Positions 8,901-16,224 of a stretch of DNA of 31,122 nt are shown piece by piece. The stretch comes from a virus. Its lineage: Duplodnaviria > Caudoviricetes. The position numbers and the translations under genes were made by a program. Numbering within the stretch: the stretch's first letter is position 1; every line of letters begins with the position of its first letter. The notes beneath the pieces were generated by a model. The model was not told where the DNA came from. It ran no database searches and saw only the letters and a program-made list of their open reading frames with translations. The DNA is taken from positions 1 to 31,122 of the IMG/VR virus record IMGVR_UViG_3300037185_000058; one strand, written 5' to 3'.

Positions 8901-10039
8901 AGGCCTTGAGCCGTGGCCATCCTGTCAGCCTCGTAGGCTCCCTGCCTGCGGATGCCCTCTTGGCCGAAGATTTCCATTTTCGGGCGGTCGCCGGCCTGGC
9001 GCGCCGCTTGGTAGCCGTACATCACCTGGTGGTCAGTCAGCGAGGTGGGGTCGATGCCCTGACCGAACATTCCGCCGGGGCCGAATAGGCCGGAGACTTT
9101 CGCCACCGCGCCGCCGACTCCCAGCCCGGCAAGGTTTCCGCCTAGTTCGGCGTAGTCGGGCTTGGCTCCTGCCGCTTCGAGGGCTCTCTTGGCCCCTTCG
9201 CTGGCCAGATCGTACCCTGCCAGCGTCGCCACCGTGCGGATCGGCGCCTGCATCGCGGCGTAGGGAATCAGCACGCTCCCGATCTCAAGGCCGCCCTTGA
9301 CGACTTTCCCGGTCCCGCCTACCAGTTGATTGAGACCTTCCGGGAGATAGGTCTCACCTTTGAGCCGATTCGCCTTGGACTGTCGGGCGGCCTCCTCCGG
9401 AGAGGCTGCTTTCGCCATGTCCCCGATTTCAGAGAGACCTTGCGCCACGTTATCGAGCGCCTGGAATCCGAGGTCGAAGGGACCGAGGCCGAACTTCTGC
9501 CGCGCCTCGTCGACGACCTTCTGCGCGGGCGCGGGAAGGATCGACGGCTTCGGCCTTGAGAAATCGACCGGCTGCGTTCCCCGCGGCCCGGTGTAGGTTT
9601 GCGTGCCGGGCGTGCGGGTATAGACCGAGAGCGGCGCGCCGGGGCCCGGCGGTTTCGGAGGATTCGGCTCCTCGGCGAGAATCTGCGGACCTGGTTGCGT
9701 CGGCGCTTTCGCCTTCCACGCGTCCAGTTGTCGGTTGTAGGCTTCGGCGGCTTGCCGCTGTTCGGCGGTATCCCAGAAGGGAGCTTCGTCCCCTTCGGCA
9801 TCCTCGGGGAGGGACTGTCCTGGTCGAAAGCGGGGATAGTCGAGGCCCTTGGGAAGTGAAGGCGCTCCGGAAGTATCGGCGCGTCCACCGGCGGTGGATC
9901 CGCCGACCGGCGCCAGCGCCGCGGCGGAGGGCTGCGGCGCCACTTTCCAGCCTTTCCCCAAATCGACAGACGAATCCTCGGGCACAGGCGGGGGAGTTGC
10001 CTGGCCTGGCGGCCCGATGATCCAGCCCTGGGAACCCAT
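2981..10039 (-). CDS. Large polyvalent / DNA-ejection (internal virion) protein, 2352 aa, with ddrB-like ParB domain, ART-like cassette, zincin-like domain and helical C-terminal region
   Basis: Last gene of the late operon, after two ejection-like genes. Motifs: YQPRNTDRVAS...SDGAPITLPDG...FAEEANMSSAARMSDAEVA (ddrB-like ParB, ~7310-8430), GNPVPPEVLAEYPDL and REELDH. The N-terminus is Pro/Ala-rich. Confidence 0.85.
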   Translation of the reverse strand: MGSQGWIIGPPGQATPPPVPEDSSVDLGKGWKVAPQPSAAALAPVGGSTAGGRADTSGAPSLPKGLDYPRFRPGQSLPEDAEGDEAPFWDTAEQRQAAEAYNRQLDAWKAKAPTQPGPQILAEEPNPPKPPGPGAPLSVYTRTPGTQTYTGPRGTQPVDFSRPKPSILPAPAQKVVDEARQKFGLGPFDLGFQALDNVAQGLSEIGDMAKAASPEEAARQSKANRLKGETYLPEGLNQLVGGTGKVVKGGLEIGSVLIPYAAMQAPIRTVATLAGYDLASEGAKRALEAAGAKPDYAELGGNLAGLGVGGAVAKVSGLFGPGGMFGQGIDPTSLTDHQVMYGYQAARQAGDRPKMEIFGQEGIRRQGAYEADRMATAQGLRPGAPAPESAPAPPPPSPPPSPAQPVEPTPAPPPTDLGEGWTSNPIEDAIAEQRAAAIQERRANSPQPPAASANQPPAAATLAEEKPNVPPEFLPAPVAQQPQTVSPSEGGLDLGKGWKAAPEPPEPQQPEIPKEFLPAPSQKPVAGPDVPTAASGKAAEVYTITGRKVGVQYDIRDASELTNSFRPGYPQEYQPRNTDRVASRARVDQRKGDMNFALMADSRLASDGAPITLPDGTTITRNHGTQALKELYAEGSPRAAAYKQDLIDHAADYGDDPQRVAAIPNPVLTRVITDAMKPADVAQFAEEANMSSAARMSDAEVAAVLSRRMTGPLMDSFEPKEDGTPNPEFVRELIKGLPVEEQGVFMDASGKLSQTGARIVRNTVFAKAYPDPRALERMAESENPSLKNITAGMLQAAPKVAQFQEAVSRGDRFDVGLGQEISDAAAVLDNLHREGTPVKDWMAQGDLAGQERDPVAEKLVQIFADNRKSAKKIGEVLKEYSEVAHEAGSPKQDSMFGPPAPLSKADILETAYERAKQRWEPQKDLFGDKAAVQPPGEPGERGVAPRENAPEGPQRGPGEARGPARAAEPEQQVGSPPSQSKPSTTPTAPRSIAEIQAEDAKLAAATKNMPEGYGKIPGLPPPTGKYWNPATVMKRRIELMREMRAVAIQAIREGNPVPPEVLAEYPDLLPKASPAAPFNASRVPALQSHPVPKQGGPGDNPLEKQPQTPEGKVIAVRALDPRETPKVGEIIGPSEAWANYKPTGLLPGTSAFDARGDLDRAFEQARDWHVGYWEAHRRFAVLSGEVVPEENTHSSGGRYIEPGEILVRRAKVEGLYEFRDGSLYHVEGANPLNARRHWTRKAEQTSEPTAQHSPAAPFNASRVPRLSTGRNAIYSPNLSADWHARHMQFEEHPLDPEDAKHAVAYVTNPSGIEYISRLAGQLSGAGALHLAPGDAGKVAALARSSAAEYTTPPQSVLNLIDAATRAAVSGKSLIVVGDHEGATDETKTAALREELDHAAQSRLAGGRSANRHLSEANASSFVAGSAEGNRATAALSRYQFESAGEAAAEVGARLMQPQRYQQLDLSHSEARSLGARYVRELRREHGSVKPREIAKRVISALRRGPEGSGGKPGEVPGRLRPGGRGRTGAGNKPDTSAFRNATGADYERQPRDLLPAGNAAGENPEGSLFGPEAERQSQVDNQHGENRLLHDQLTAQINSGLAKGPSKLKPAKNRSLFDEDGPEQGALFNASRLGSERGSFSLKQIQKTPEQVNAEAEKRYGKNEVWHYTGQRDLWSARVRQITGRLRREIPSAVDREGLYLMRDSRIAPGQMEQWLAGTHMGYMTVPDVTIGQENIRKLKPSIERALNPTPAMLKADKELTAIAEVSLREGQKLGFIEEHVSPDEYVTHLLQPAEEKEGAFDKMGRALGGKIGRNFPYNQEREFPTILEAIANNQRPRTLDPFKAFEVYGDKFATARATHMLLQHMGEADTGRWGVKGGENIPKGWVEMAPHAQLFQNGAERFFVAPKVEKAFQPITDPDYLNRVTAFRLARNYQIFTKAAQLSMSFFHATAETAMALGNMGPTGYWKALKADRFSREFERQEAWYIGHGLTTAIQKSAPGMEEGLAATGPLTVSSLPTPSEAFRSLPVIRQVDQTAHAITSFTFENQQRRFKVTDMAIHEAGWIARHPGATRDELDTALRSMAKEVNAVYGGLHWENLGVNKMTLNFARVLQLAPDWWWSNILNAKYTFEGGTPAGKMARMFWLRTLTGGMIATQLASLMFSGKPSKRPTQVYMGTDKDGNDVYQNIFLRGAAGQLANTLGNIIEYGGIEGPLRTIGQSAGPGLRAWNESQKNETFLGREIAPKGMNPLASTARGVIEMGKSLVPFPWSFANAWEMLAGPDADKYQNKELLTTLFAGTPPQHVKPSKPPGTARDIWDQIKTGRVNESKARASKSDSVIEHMKREQRKLLHP
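5302..5580 (-). CDS. Putative nested gene (92 aa) in +1 frame of the polyvalent gene
   Basis: SD GAGGAGGGAG ends 7 nt before the GTG. The product has an acidic amphipathic helix (EEDLKEVEENLVRCLDAYDQEGEAGLEREINL) while the host frame is R/G/P-rich linker. Confidence 0.55.
   Translation of the reverse strand: MSNQGKSRSGLSPLSEEDLKEVEENLVRCLDAYDQEGEAGLEREINLIHPPSGMRRVPIMSASHAIFYPPGTPPAKTQKVPSSAPKPSGNPK
6252..6824. repeat. Perfect 33-bp direct repeat (6252-6284 and 6792-6824), 540 bp apart, encoding SPAAPFNASRV
   Basis: acgcgggaagcgttgaagggcgcagcgggagag occurs twice. A degenerate third copy (cgggaggcgttgaaaagcgc, ALFNASR) is at ~5145-5164. Confidence 0.95.
7120..7305 (-). CDS. Putative nested gene (61 aa, MSEPSSAG...) in +1 frame of the polyvalent gene
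   Basis: GGAG lies 7 nt before ATG 7305. The product has a helical segment NPANVAWLRERMRQKDLREAQAKR. The host frame is P/G/E/R-rich linker right after the ddrB-like domain. Confidence 0.42.
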   Translation of the reverse strand: MSEPSSAGNRRKTSSETKRPFNLPANPANVAWLRERMRQKDLREAQAKRAAPQEQPSQSSR

Positions 10040-10043
10040 GAGG

Positions 10044-11369
10044 TTAGTTCATGAAGTAGACGATGCCGTCCTTCTTGATCCAGGTGTGCCCGTCTGGAGC
10101 GGTGGCTTGCTGGCCCTCCTGGAGTTTGTCCACCACGTCCCGGGGAGGCTGCGCGGCCTTCAGAACCCTGCCCTTGCGGTACTGCACGTCCTGAAGGTTG
10201 TTTGTCGCCTTCGCATACTGAGCCTGGACCATCGGCCTCGCAATCGGCTTGCCGGCGTCGTCCGTCCCGCTCGCGAGTTGGGGCCCGAGCCGATTCCGAA
10301 CGTCGTGATAGTCCTGCTCCTCTTTCGCCAGCGCGTTCAGCCGCGAGATCTCGAAGCGACTCTGTACGCCTTGCTGCCCCGGGGTTGGCGCGCCTGAGCC
10401 GCGCAGCGCCGCGCGAGCGTTCGCTCCAGCTTGGTTCCCCTGCGCTATCTTCTCTTTGGTCGCGTTGTTCTGCCCAGTGATGTCTTCCTGGGTGCCGAAC
10501 TTCAGCCCGGCGATGTCGGAGAGCGTCTGGTTTCTTCCTGCCGCGATGGTCTCGCCGGATGTATTCTTCGCCGCGCTTCGATCGCCCGCTGCCTTGTTCG
10601 CCGCCGCCGCGGAAGCCGCGCGCAATGCGGAGCCGTAGAGTCTGCCCGGTACGGTCGGCGGCAAGAGCCCGCTGGCCTGTGCGTCGGTTGGGGTGGCGAT
10701 CGGCGCATTCTGCCCGGTAGCGTTCTTGTACGCGGCCCAGTGCGCCGGGTCGATGTAGCTCCTGGTGCCGTCCGGTTCGTCTACCGAGATGGCCGTCGCC
10801 ATGAACTTCGACTTCGCCGCCGCCGCGGCGCGGTCGTTATCCCGCTGCGCCTGCTCTTCCGGCGTGTACACCTCTCCCGGAATCTTATTTCCCTGCCGAT
10901 CCCGATAGAAGACCTGGCGAGACGCGTCGGCCTTGCGCATGTACGTTGTGGCTGGAACCGTGGCCTGCGTTCCGGGAAGACCGGATACCGGGGCCGATGG
11001 CTGAGGCGCGGTCGGGCCGCCTGGATCTTGATACGGATCCGCTGGCCCAACGGCAGGAGATTGCGGAGTCGGAAGAGCTGCAACCCGATTCTGCGCCGTC
11101 GCCACCTGTGGGCTCGGCTGGTTGTAGGTTTGCGCCGGCAGGGTATCCTGCACCATCCCGTTGACCACGGGCCGTGTGTTTTGCTGGAACGCCTGTCGGT
11201 TCATGATGTCCTGAATCGAGGCGTTCGATTCATCCAGCGCCGCTTTTCGGGTGTACGCTTCGTTCTGCTGCTTGTAGTTCAGAAGCTGCTGCCGAAGGCC
11301 GTAGCCGTTGACGATGCCGTGCAGCAATCCGCCGATCGCGCTCTCTACTCCGCCTGCTGTCGTTCCCAT
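10044..11369 (-). CDS. Putative DNA ejection/internal virion protein (P22 gp20-like position), 441 aa
   Basis: Gly-rich amphipathic N-terminus (GGVESAIGGLLHGIVNGY), Ala/Gln-rich helical body, and a short C-terminal beta motif. SD GGGGAG. Confidence 0.6.
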   Translation of the reverse strand: MGTTAGGVESAIGGLLHGIVNGYGLRQQLLNYKQQNEAYTRKAALDESNASIQDIMNRQAFQQNTRPVVNGMVQDTLPAQTYNQPSPQVATAQNRVAALPTPQSPAVGPADPYQDPGGPTAPQPSAPVSGLPGTQATVPATTYMRKADASRQVFYRDRQGNKIPGEVYTPEEQAQRDNDRAAAAAKSKFMATAISVDEPDGTRSYIDPAHWAAYKNATGQNAPIATPTDAQASGLLPPTVPGRLYGSALRAASAAAANKAAGDRSAAKNTSGETIAAGRNQTLSDIAGLKFGTQEDITGQNNATKEKIAQGNQAGANARAALRGSGAPTPGQQGVQSRFEISRLNALAKEEQDYHDVRNRLGPQLASGTDDAGKPIARPMVQAQYAKATNNLQDVQYRKGRVLKAAQPPRDVVDKLQEGQQATAPDGHTWIKKDGIVYFMN

Positions 11370-11371
11370 GG

Positions 11372-11977
11372 TTAATCTCCCCAGCCCATCATCGTGCTCG
11401 AGTCCGGCGCCTGGACCGGCATATTCATGACGGCCCCACCGGAGGAACCGCCGCCGCCGCCGGTCGGCACGGCCATTAGCAAGCTTGCCAGGCTGCCGAG
11501 AATATCGCCTAGCCCCGGCGTGCTCGTCTGCGTCGACGTCGAGTTGCTCGTGCCGGTGGTGGACGTGCCCTTTCCGGTGTTCAGGAGTTGCTCTCCCAGC
11601 GAAGCGCCGAAATTCTGCTGATTGATCGCATCCGTAGCGATTCCGCCTTCGAAGTTCGAAACCGCTCCAGCCCTTGCCAGACCGGTGTTAAACATCGCGT
11701 CGCCCATGGTGCCCGAAGATCCGTAGCCGCGGCTGGCCATGTTCTTTGCCACCGTGGCTGGCGCCGTGGCATACGTCTGGTTGATGGAGTTCAGCCCGGC
11801 GTTCTCGACGGGTTTCAGCGCCGCAGTCGGATTCGACATCGAAGTGCTCGAGTAGTTGAGGAGATTGGTCATCAACTGTTGGAGCTGGGGAGAGAACGTC
11901 GGCGTTGCGCTGGCGCTGGTCGATCCCGATGTGTTGGTGGTTTGGCTACCGCCGAGAAGGCCCGATAGAAACGACAT
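11372..11977 (-). CDS. Putative DNA ejection/pilot protein (P22 gp7-like position), 201 aa
   Basis: MSFLSGLLGG N-terminus, Ser/Thr-rich tracts, the MASRGYGSSG motif and a hydrophobic Gly-rich C-terminal segment. It follows the GNAT gene. Confidence 0.65.
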   Translation of the reverse strand: MSFLSGLLGGSQTTNTSGSTSASATPTFSPQLQQLMTNLLNYSSTSMSNPTAALKPVENAGLNSINQTYATAPATVAKNMASRGYGSSGTMGDAMFNTGLARAGAVSNFEGGIATDAINQQNFGASLGEQLLNTGKGTSTTGTSNSTSTQTSTPGLGDILGSLASLLMAVPTGGGGGSSGGAVMNMPVQAPDSSTMMGWGD

Positions 11978-12011
11978 GGTGATTATCCTTGAATCCCTGT
12001 AAGCTCGGAGC

Positions 12012-12227
12012 GTGCCGTCCTTGGCCCACTACAAAAGAGTGCTGCTCCAATCGGTCCAGGCCCAGGCGCGTCGCCAAGGATTAGAGGTCCCGGCAGGAGC
12101 TTTCCGCTTCGTCAGCTACGATTTCCACGGGGAGCCGGTGCTCGCCGTCAGATGCACTTCGCATCCGGATCTGCGCCTCGCGCTGTTCCACCGGGTATGG
12201 AACGCCCATCGGCGTGGCGAGTACTGA
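12012..12227 (+). CDS. Putative small antisense (moron-like) gene, 71 aa
   Basis: Fills the 11977-12148 gap with protein-like composition. TAAGCT at 12000-12005 is 6 nt before the GTG. It overlaps only the unstructured tail of the GNAT. Confidence 0.45.
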   Translation: MPSLAHYKRVLLQSVQAQARRQGLEVPAGAFRFVSYDFHGEPVLAVRCTSHPDLRLALFHRVWNAHRRGEY

Positions 12228-12723
12228 GGCCGGCCTCGAACCCTTCTTTGCTCAACCCGTAGAGCCACACGTCCCGCGGATGGCCGCCCGACATCGTGTG
12301 CCCGATGAGGGTTCCCTCGCGTCTGGCGCCGAGCGCGCACACGAGCGAGCTCGTGGCGCAGTACGGCGCCGCAAGGACCTGGAACTCCAGCTTCCCTAAC
12401 CCAGGCTCCGCAAACATCTCTGCGACCGCCAGCCGCGACGCCTTCAGCGTGAAACCGTGCCCCTGGAAGTCCGGCTTCAATAGATAACGAACGCTGCCCA
12501 ACCACGGCGACATGCGCTCGAACGTCACCAGGCCGCCCAGTTCGCCCCCGCCGTGCACCGCCCACGTCCTCAGCCGCCCCCATTGCGCCTGCATGCAGTC
12601 CAGAAAGGCCGTCAAATCCCGCGGGCTGAAATCGTCCGAGACTTTTTCGCGGAAAGGCTCGATCCACCGCCACACCCGCGGCAACGCTTCGAAGGGGAAC
12701 GGGGTGACAACTCGAATCTGCAC
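12148..12723 (-). CDS. GNAT/RimJ-like acetyltransferase-fold virion assembly protein
   Basis: Motifs LLKPDFQGHGF and LGARREGTLIGH...GHPRDVWLYGL (RimJ/RimL-like). Probable GTG start at 12723 with GAGG SD. Typical position before ejection genes in podoviruses. Confidence 0.82.
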   Translation of the reverse strand: MQIRVVTPFPFEALPRVWRWIEPFREKVSDDFSPRDLTAFLDCMQAQWGRLRTWAVHGGGELGGLVTFERMSPWLGSVRYLLKPDFQGHGFTLKASRLAVAEMFAEPGLGKLEFQVLAAPYCATSSLVCALGARREGTLIGHTMSGGHPRDVWLYGLSKEGFEAGLSTRHADGRSIPGGTARGADPDAKCI

Positions 12724-12730
12724 CTGAACC

Positions 12731-15700
12731 TCAGAACGTCGCAAAACTGAATCCCCCCGAAATGTAGAGGCATCCCGCTGCGTTGAACACCGCGATGCTC
12801 CCGTTTGGAAGCACCTGGAATTGCGCTGCCACGCCCGCGGCTCCGGTCGAACCGGCCATCGGGAAGATCACGATTGCAGCCGGTCTGTAGCCCACTGGAA
12901 GCACTCCTACGACCGTGGTGTTCGCTGGCCCTGCCGACCCGCTCCTGGCATACCGCACGAAGACCTCACCCCGGCTGTTTTTTCGGTAGCTGGATGGCGC
13001 ATCACCGCTGCCTAGATCCGTTCCCCAGGTGTCGCCAGCTATGGGCGTCCAAGGGCTGTATCCCGTGCCGGGAGCGCTCGATTCCACGATGTTTCCGACT
13101 CCGGCGTCCGAGATGGAGCCATACTGCGCGTTGGTAACCAGGTTGTAGGCGTCCGTGGCGTTGAACACGATATCCGCGCCTCCGTTGCCGAATGCCTGCA
13201 CGTTGTTCATCGTGTTGTACACGTTCTGCGATCCCTGGAAATGGACTCCGTTTGATGTGCAAGCGGTTGAAATCACGTTGTCAAACTGGTTGCGGTAGCA
13301 TCCCAGTTGAATCGAGAGTCCGGTCTCGCCGTTCGCCGCGTCCGAACCGTCCACGTTTACGAAGTTGCTCCAACAGACGCCCATCAGCTTGATGGACCGC
13401 CCCGCCGAGCCACCGGAGATCAGGTTCGTCACCTGATGCCCGAGGCCCTCTATCCACAGCATTCCGAAGTTGCTATTCGTAATGTTGATGTCAGAGTAAA
13501 TACAGAACGACTCATGGTACGAGATGAACGAAGCCGCCGCGCCGTTTCCGCACCCGTCAAACGTCAAGCCGCTGAACCGTGTCCGGTAGCACAAATTCGA
13601 ATAGATGCCCGTGCTCCCGTAAATCCCGGAAGTGGGTCCGAAGTTCTTAAAGTTCAAATTTTCCAGCCGCGAGTTCGCCAACCCGGTCGCATATATCCCG
13701 TTGTAGCCAATCGTCCCGGTTGCGCTGATCCCGTCGAACGTCAGGCCGGAAATGCAAACGTTCTGCGCCAATGTGGCTGGCGCCACACCGTACCCAGCCG
13801 CCGCCAGTGGTATTCTGATCGCCTCATAGGGCGTGATCGTCGTGCCCACAATGCTCTTGATCTTCACAATTTGGTACAACTCGTAAGTTTGCGTGCCGCC
13901 GTAATAGGCCTGCGCAGAGGAGTACCCCAGCATCCCGTACCCGCCCACTGAAAACCCGGAGGCGGAGGCTACTTGGAAGGAAGGCGTTATGGTCGAATGC
14001 CGCGTGGCGAACGTGCCGTAGTCCGAAGAGAAATTGGTCGGCGCTCCCTGCCCGTAGCCCAGCACGCTCAGGCAGGATACAGGCCCTGACCCGGGCCCCG
14101 AGGCGGAATAATTCAGCGAGATCGTCGGATTCCCGATACCAACCAGCGAAAAGTTTGAAACCCCGCCGATCGTGATTGTCGCGTAAACCGTGGTGTTCTG
14201 AGTCACCGCGACACAGAATGGAACGCCCGCCGTCTTGCCGTGTTGCAACGCCTCGTGGATGCCTCCGCTGGAACTGCTGATCGTCCAGGCACCGGTGTGC
14301 GTATGGGCGCAACTGAAGCTCAACGTGGCCCCCGCTGCGGCGCCTTCGACCGCGTTGCCCCCGGTGATGCACACCGCCTCCGGTGTGCCGCCGCCGCCGC
14401 TGATCAAAAAGTAATGCGCCACGTCCGATCCGTTCAGGCCTAGCGGAACCGACCCCGGCAGCGTGATAGTGTTCAGTCCCACGCCGAGGTTCCCGCTTGT
14501 CGGCGTCTGCGAGAACTGATAATCGGTCGCCCGCATCATCAGCGAACTGGCCGCCGCGCTCGGCGTCCAGGCCGACCCGTTCCACGCGAGCGCCTGGTTG
14601 ATGGCTGGCGCGGTGGACGAGATGTTGTACCCTTGCAATTGGCTGGCGTTAGCACTGGCCCCGCCCGCTGCCGTGGGCTGCCAGCAGTTATTGGCCGCGC
14701 TCCACGCGAGAACCTGCGTATCGACCGGCGCTGTGGCCGCCACGGCGTAGCCTTGCAGGGCCGTGATTGTCGGCGAGAGCCACGATCCGTTTTCGCACAG
14801 GAACCGCGCGCTTCCAGCCATCGCGCCAGGATCGGGCACGATTCCGGGCGAATGGCCCGGGCCGCTGGCCGCCATCCTCGGCAGATCTCCCGTGCCAATC
14901 GGGTTTCCCGGCATGTAGACGTCCGAGGTGGCCGCGACCCGCGTTACATTCAAGGCCGTACGGAGGACGAGGCCGTTGTTGCCTGGGTCCGCGAGCCCCC
15001 CGCCGCCGACGCTTCCCGCCGGCACAGCCCAGGTCGAATTTTCGCAGAGGAACCTCAGGGAGCCGGCAGCCGGCCCCGGGTCTGGGACCGCGCCCTCCGC
15101 GTGCGTCGCGCCCGAGGCCATGAACACCGGAAGATCCGCGGCAAGCAAGGCGTACCCGGGCGCGTAGTAATCGCCCGCGTTCCCCGGCGTGGCAACCGTC
15201 GTGGTGTTAAGGGACGTGCGCTTCAGTAGCCCGTTGGCCCCTGAGTCCTGTAGGCCTGCTGCCACCCATCCCGATCCGGAGTTGACCCAGAGTTTGAAAC
15301 TCGCGTCCACTGCGAGTTTCCCGGCCGCGTTCGCCGGCAGAGTCCCCGGCGTCAGCGTGATCGAGGCGCAGGCCAGCAGGTTATGAGCCGCCGCGTTGAT
15401 ATCCTGTCCCCAAGGGGTCTGAGCGAGAGCGGAGATCGCCGACCACGCGCCCGAGAAGTAGATCTGCGGAACTCCGTACCCGTCGATGGCCATCATTCCG
15501 GACGCGAGCGTCCCGCCCACCGTTACCGTGCCACCGCTCGACCATCCGGCCAGGCTCGCCGCCACCGCGTAACTGATGGTGGTCGCTCCCGCGGATGTGA
15601 CCTGGACCTTGACGACGTTGTAGCCGGAGGGTGTTGCCCCGGCAACCGTAACGAGCTGGCCGGCCACCATCTTGTGAGGCCCGACCGTCACAGTGGCGAT

Positions 15701-15910
15701 GCCGCCCGACCAGGAGCCGCCGGTTACCGTGAAGACGGTTCCTGGAAGACTGGCCGCCTGATACTGGACCGCCCCCGCCGTGCGGATGTAGTTCCCGGCG
15801 TAAACCACATCCCCGCCGGGGTACTGTATGTCGCTGGCGATGTTTCGGAAGTCGAGCGGAGCCAGCCCGCGCGTGGACTGCCAGCCGGACGGATTAAAGA
15901 GCCAGGCCAT
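12731..15910 (-). CDS. Tail fibre/tailspike with pectin-lyase-like beta-helix and C-terminal receptor-binding head domain (1059 aa)
   Basis: Duplicated shaft motifs (VPDPG..AGS.RFLCEN..W; LQGY.....AP...Q.LAW). Asn/Gly/Ile-rich beta-helix at ~13080-14230 (QNVCISGLTFDG). C-terminal YRK...GVLPVGYRP motif. Confidence 0.82.
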   Translation of the reverse strand: MAWLFNPSGWQSTRGLAPLDFRNIASDIQYPGGDVVYAGNYIRTAGAVQYQAASLPGTVFTVTGGSWSGGIATVTVGPHKMVAGQLVTVAGATPSGYNVVKVQVTSAGATTISYAVAASLAGWSSGGTVTVGGTLASGMMAIDGYGVPQIYFSGAWSAISALAQTPWGQDINAAAHNLLACASITLTPGTLPANAAGKLAVDASFKLWVNSGSGWVAAGLQDSGANGLLKRTSLNTTTVATPGNAGDYYAPGYALLAADLPVFMASGATHAEGAVPDPGPAAGSLRFLCENSTWAVPAGSVGGGGLADPGNNGLVLRTALNVTRVAATSDVYMPGNPIGTGDLPRMAASGPGHSPGIVPDPGAMAGSARFLCENGSWLSPTITALQGYAVAATAPVDTQVLAWSAANNCWQPTAAGGASANASQLQGYNISSTAPAINQALAWNGSAWTPSAAASSLMMRATDYQFSQTPTSGNLGVGLNTITLPGSVPLGLNGSDVAHYFLISGGGGTPEAVCITGGNAVEGAAAGATLSFSCAHTHTGAWTISSSSGGIHEALQHGKTAGVPFCVAVTQNTTVYATITIGGVSNFSLVGIGNPTISLNYSASGPGSGPVSCLSVLGYGQGAPTNFSSDYGTFATRHSTITPSFQVASASGFSVGGYGMLGYSSAQAYYGGTQTYELYQIVKIKSIVGTTITPYEAIRIPLAAAGYGVAPATLAQNVCISGLTFDGISATGTIGYNGIYATGLANSRLENLNFKNFGPTSGIYGSTGIYSNLCYRTRFSGLTFDGCGNGAAASFISYHESFCIYSDINITNSNFGMLWIEGLGHQVTNLISGGSAGRSIKLMGVCWSNFVNVDGSDAANGETGLSIQLGCYRNQFDNVISTACTSNGVHFQGSQNVYNTMNNVQAFGNGGADIVFNATDAYNLVTNAQYGSISDAGVGNIVESSAPGTGYSPWTPIAGDTWGTDLGSGDAPSSYRKNSRGEVFVRYARSGSAGPANTTVVGVLPVGYRPAAIVIFPMAGSTGAAGVAAQFQVLPNGSIAVFNAAGCLYISGGFSFATF

Positions 15911-15921
15911 AATGGGTCACC

Positions 15922-16224
15922 TCACACGTTCGGAGCTTCGGAAGGCGGTACGGATTCGGCGGATAATTCACGAGCTCGCAGAAACACCTTGCCCTCATCG
16001 GGGCCGTCGCCCTGCCAGAGGCCGCAGTTCTTGAACTCCTCGGGAGCGAATCCCCCGCCTTCGATCACGGCGAGCATGAAGGGCGAATGAACGTTCTGCA
16101 CCGCCTGAAGCCGCTGCTGCAGATTGTCGATCTCCGACTGGAGATTGTTGATCTGAACCAGGGCTTGATTGATGGCCTTCGCCATCGCTTTCGTCAGTTC
16201 GATTTGTTTGGGCTGGTTGGTCAT
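15922..16224 (-). CDS. Small coiled-coil protein, possible tail-fibre chaperone (100 aa)
   Basis: Heptad-like INQALVQINNLQSEIDNLQQRLQAV. ATGA-coupled between two tail genes. Confidence 0.6.
   Translation of the reverse strand: MTNQPKQIELTKAMAKAINQALVQINNLQSEIDNLQQRLQAVQNVHSPFMLAVIEGGGFAPEEFKNCGLWQGDGPDEGKVFLRARELSAESVPPSEAPNV

Noticed and set aside
9319-9888. 189-aa +1-frame ORF in the giant gene
   Set aside because: R/S/P-rich shadow composition and no convincing SD, unlike the two nested candidates.
12731-13050. Diversity-generating retroelement target in fibre C-terminus
   Set aside because: No reverse transcriptase and no adenine-variant template repeat were seen in this window.
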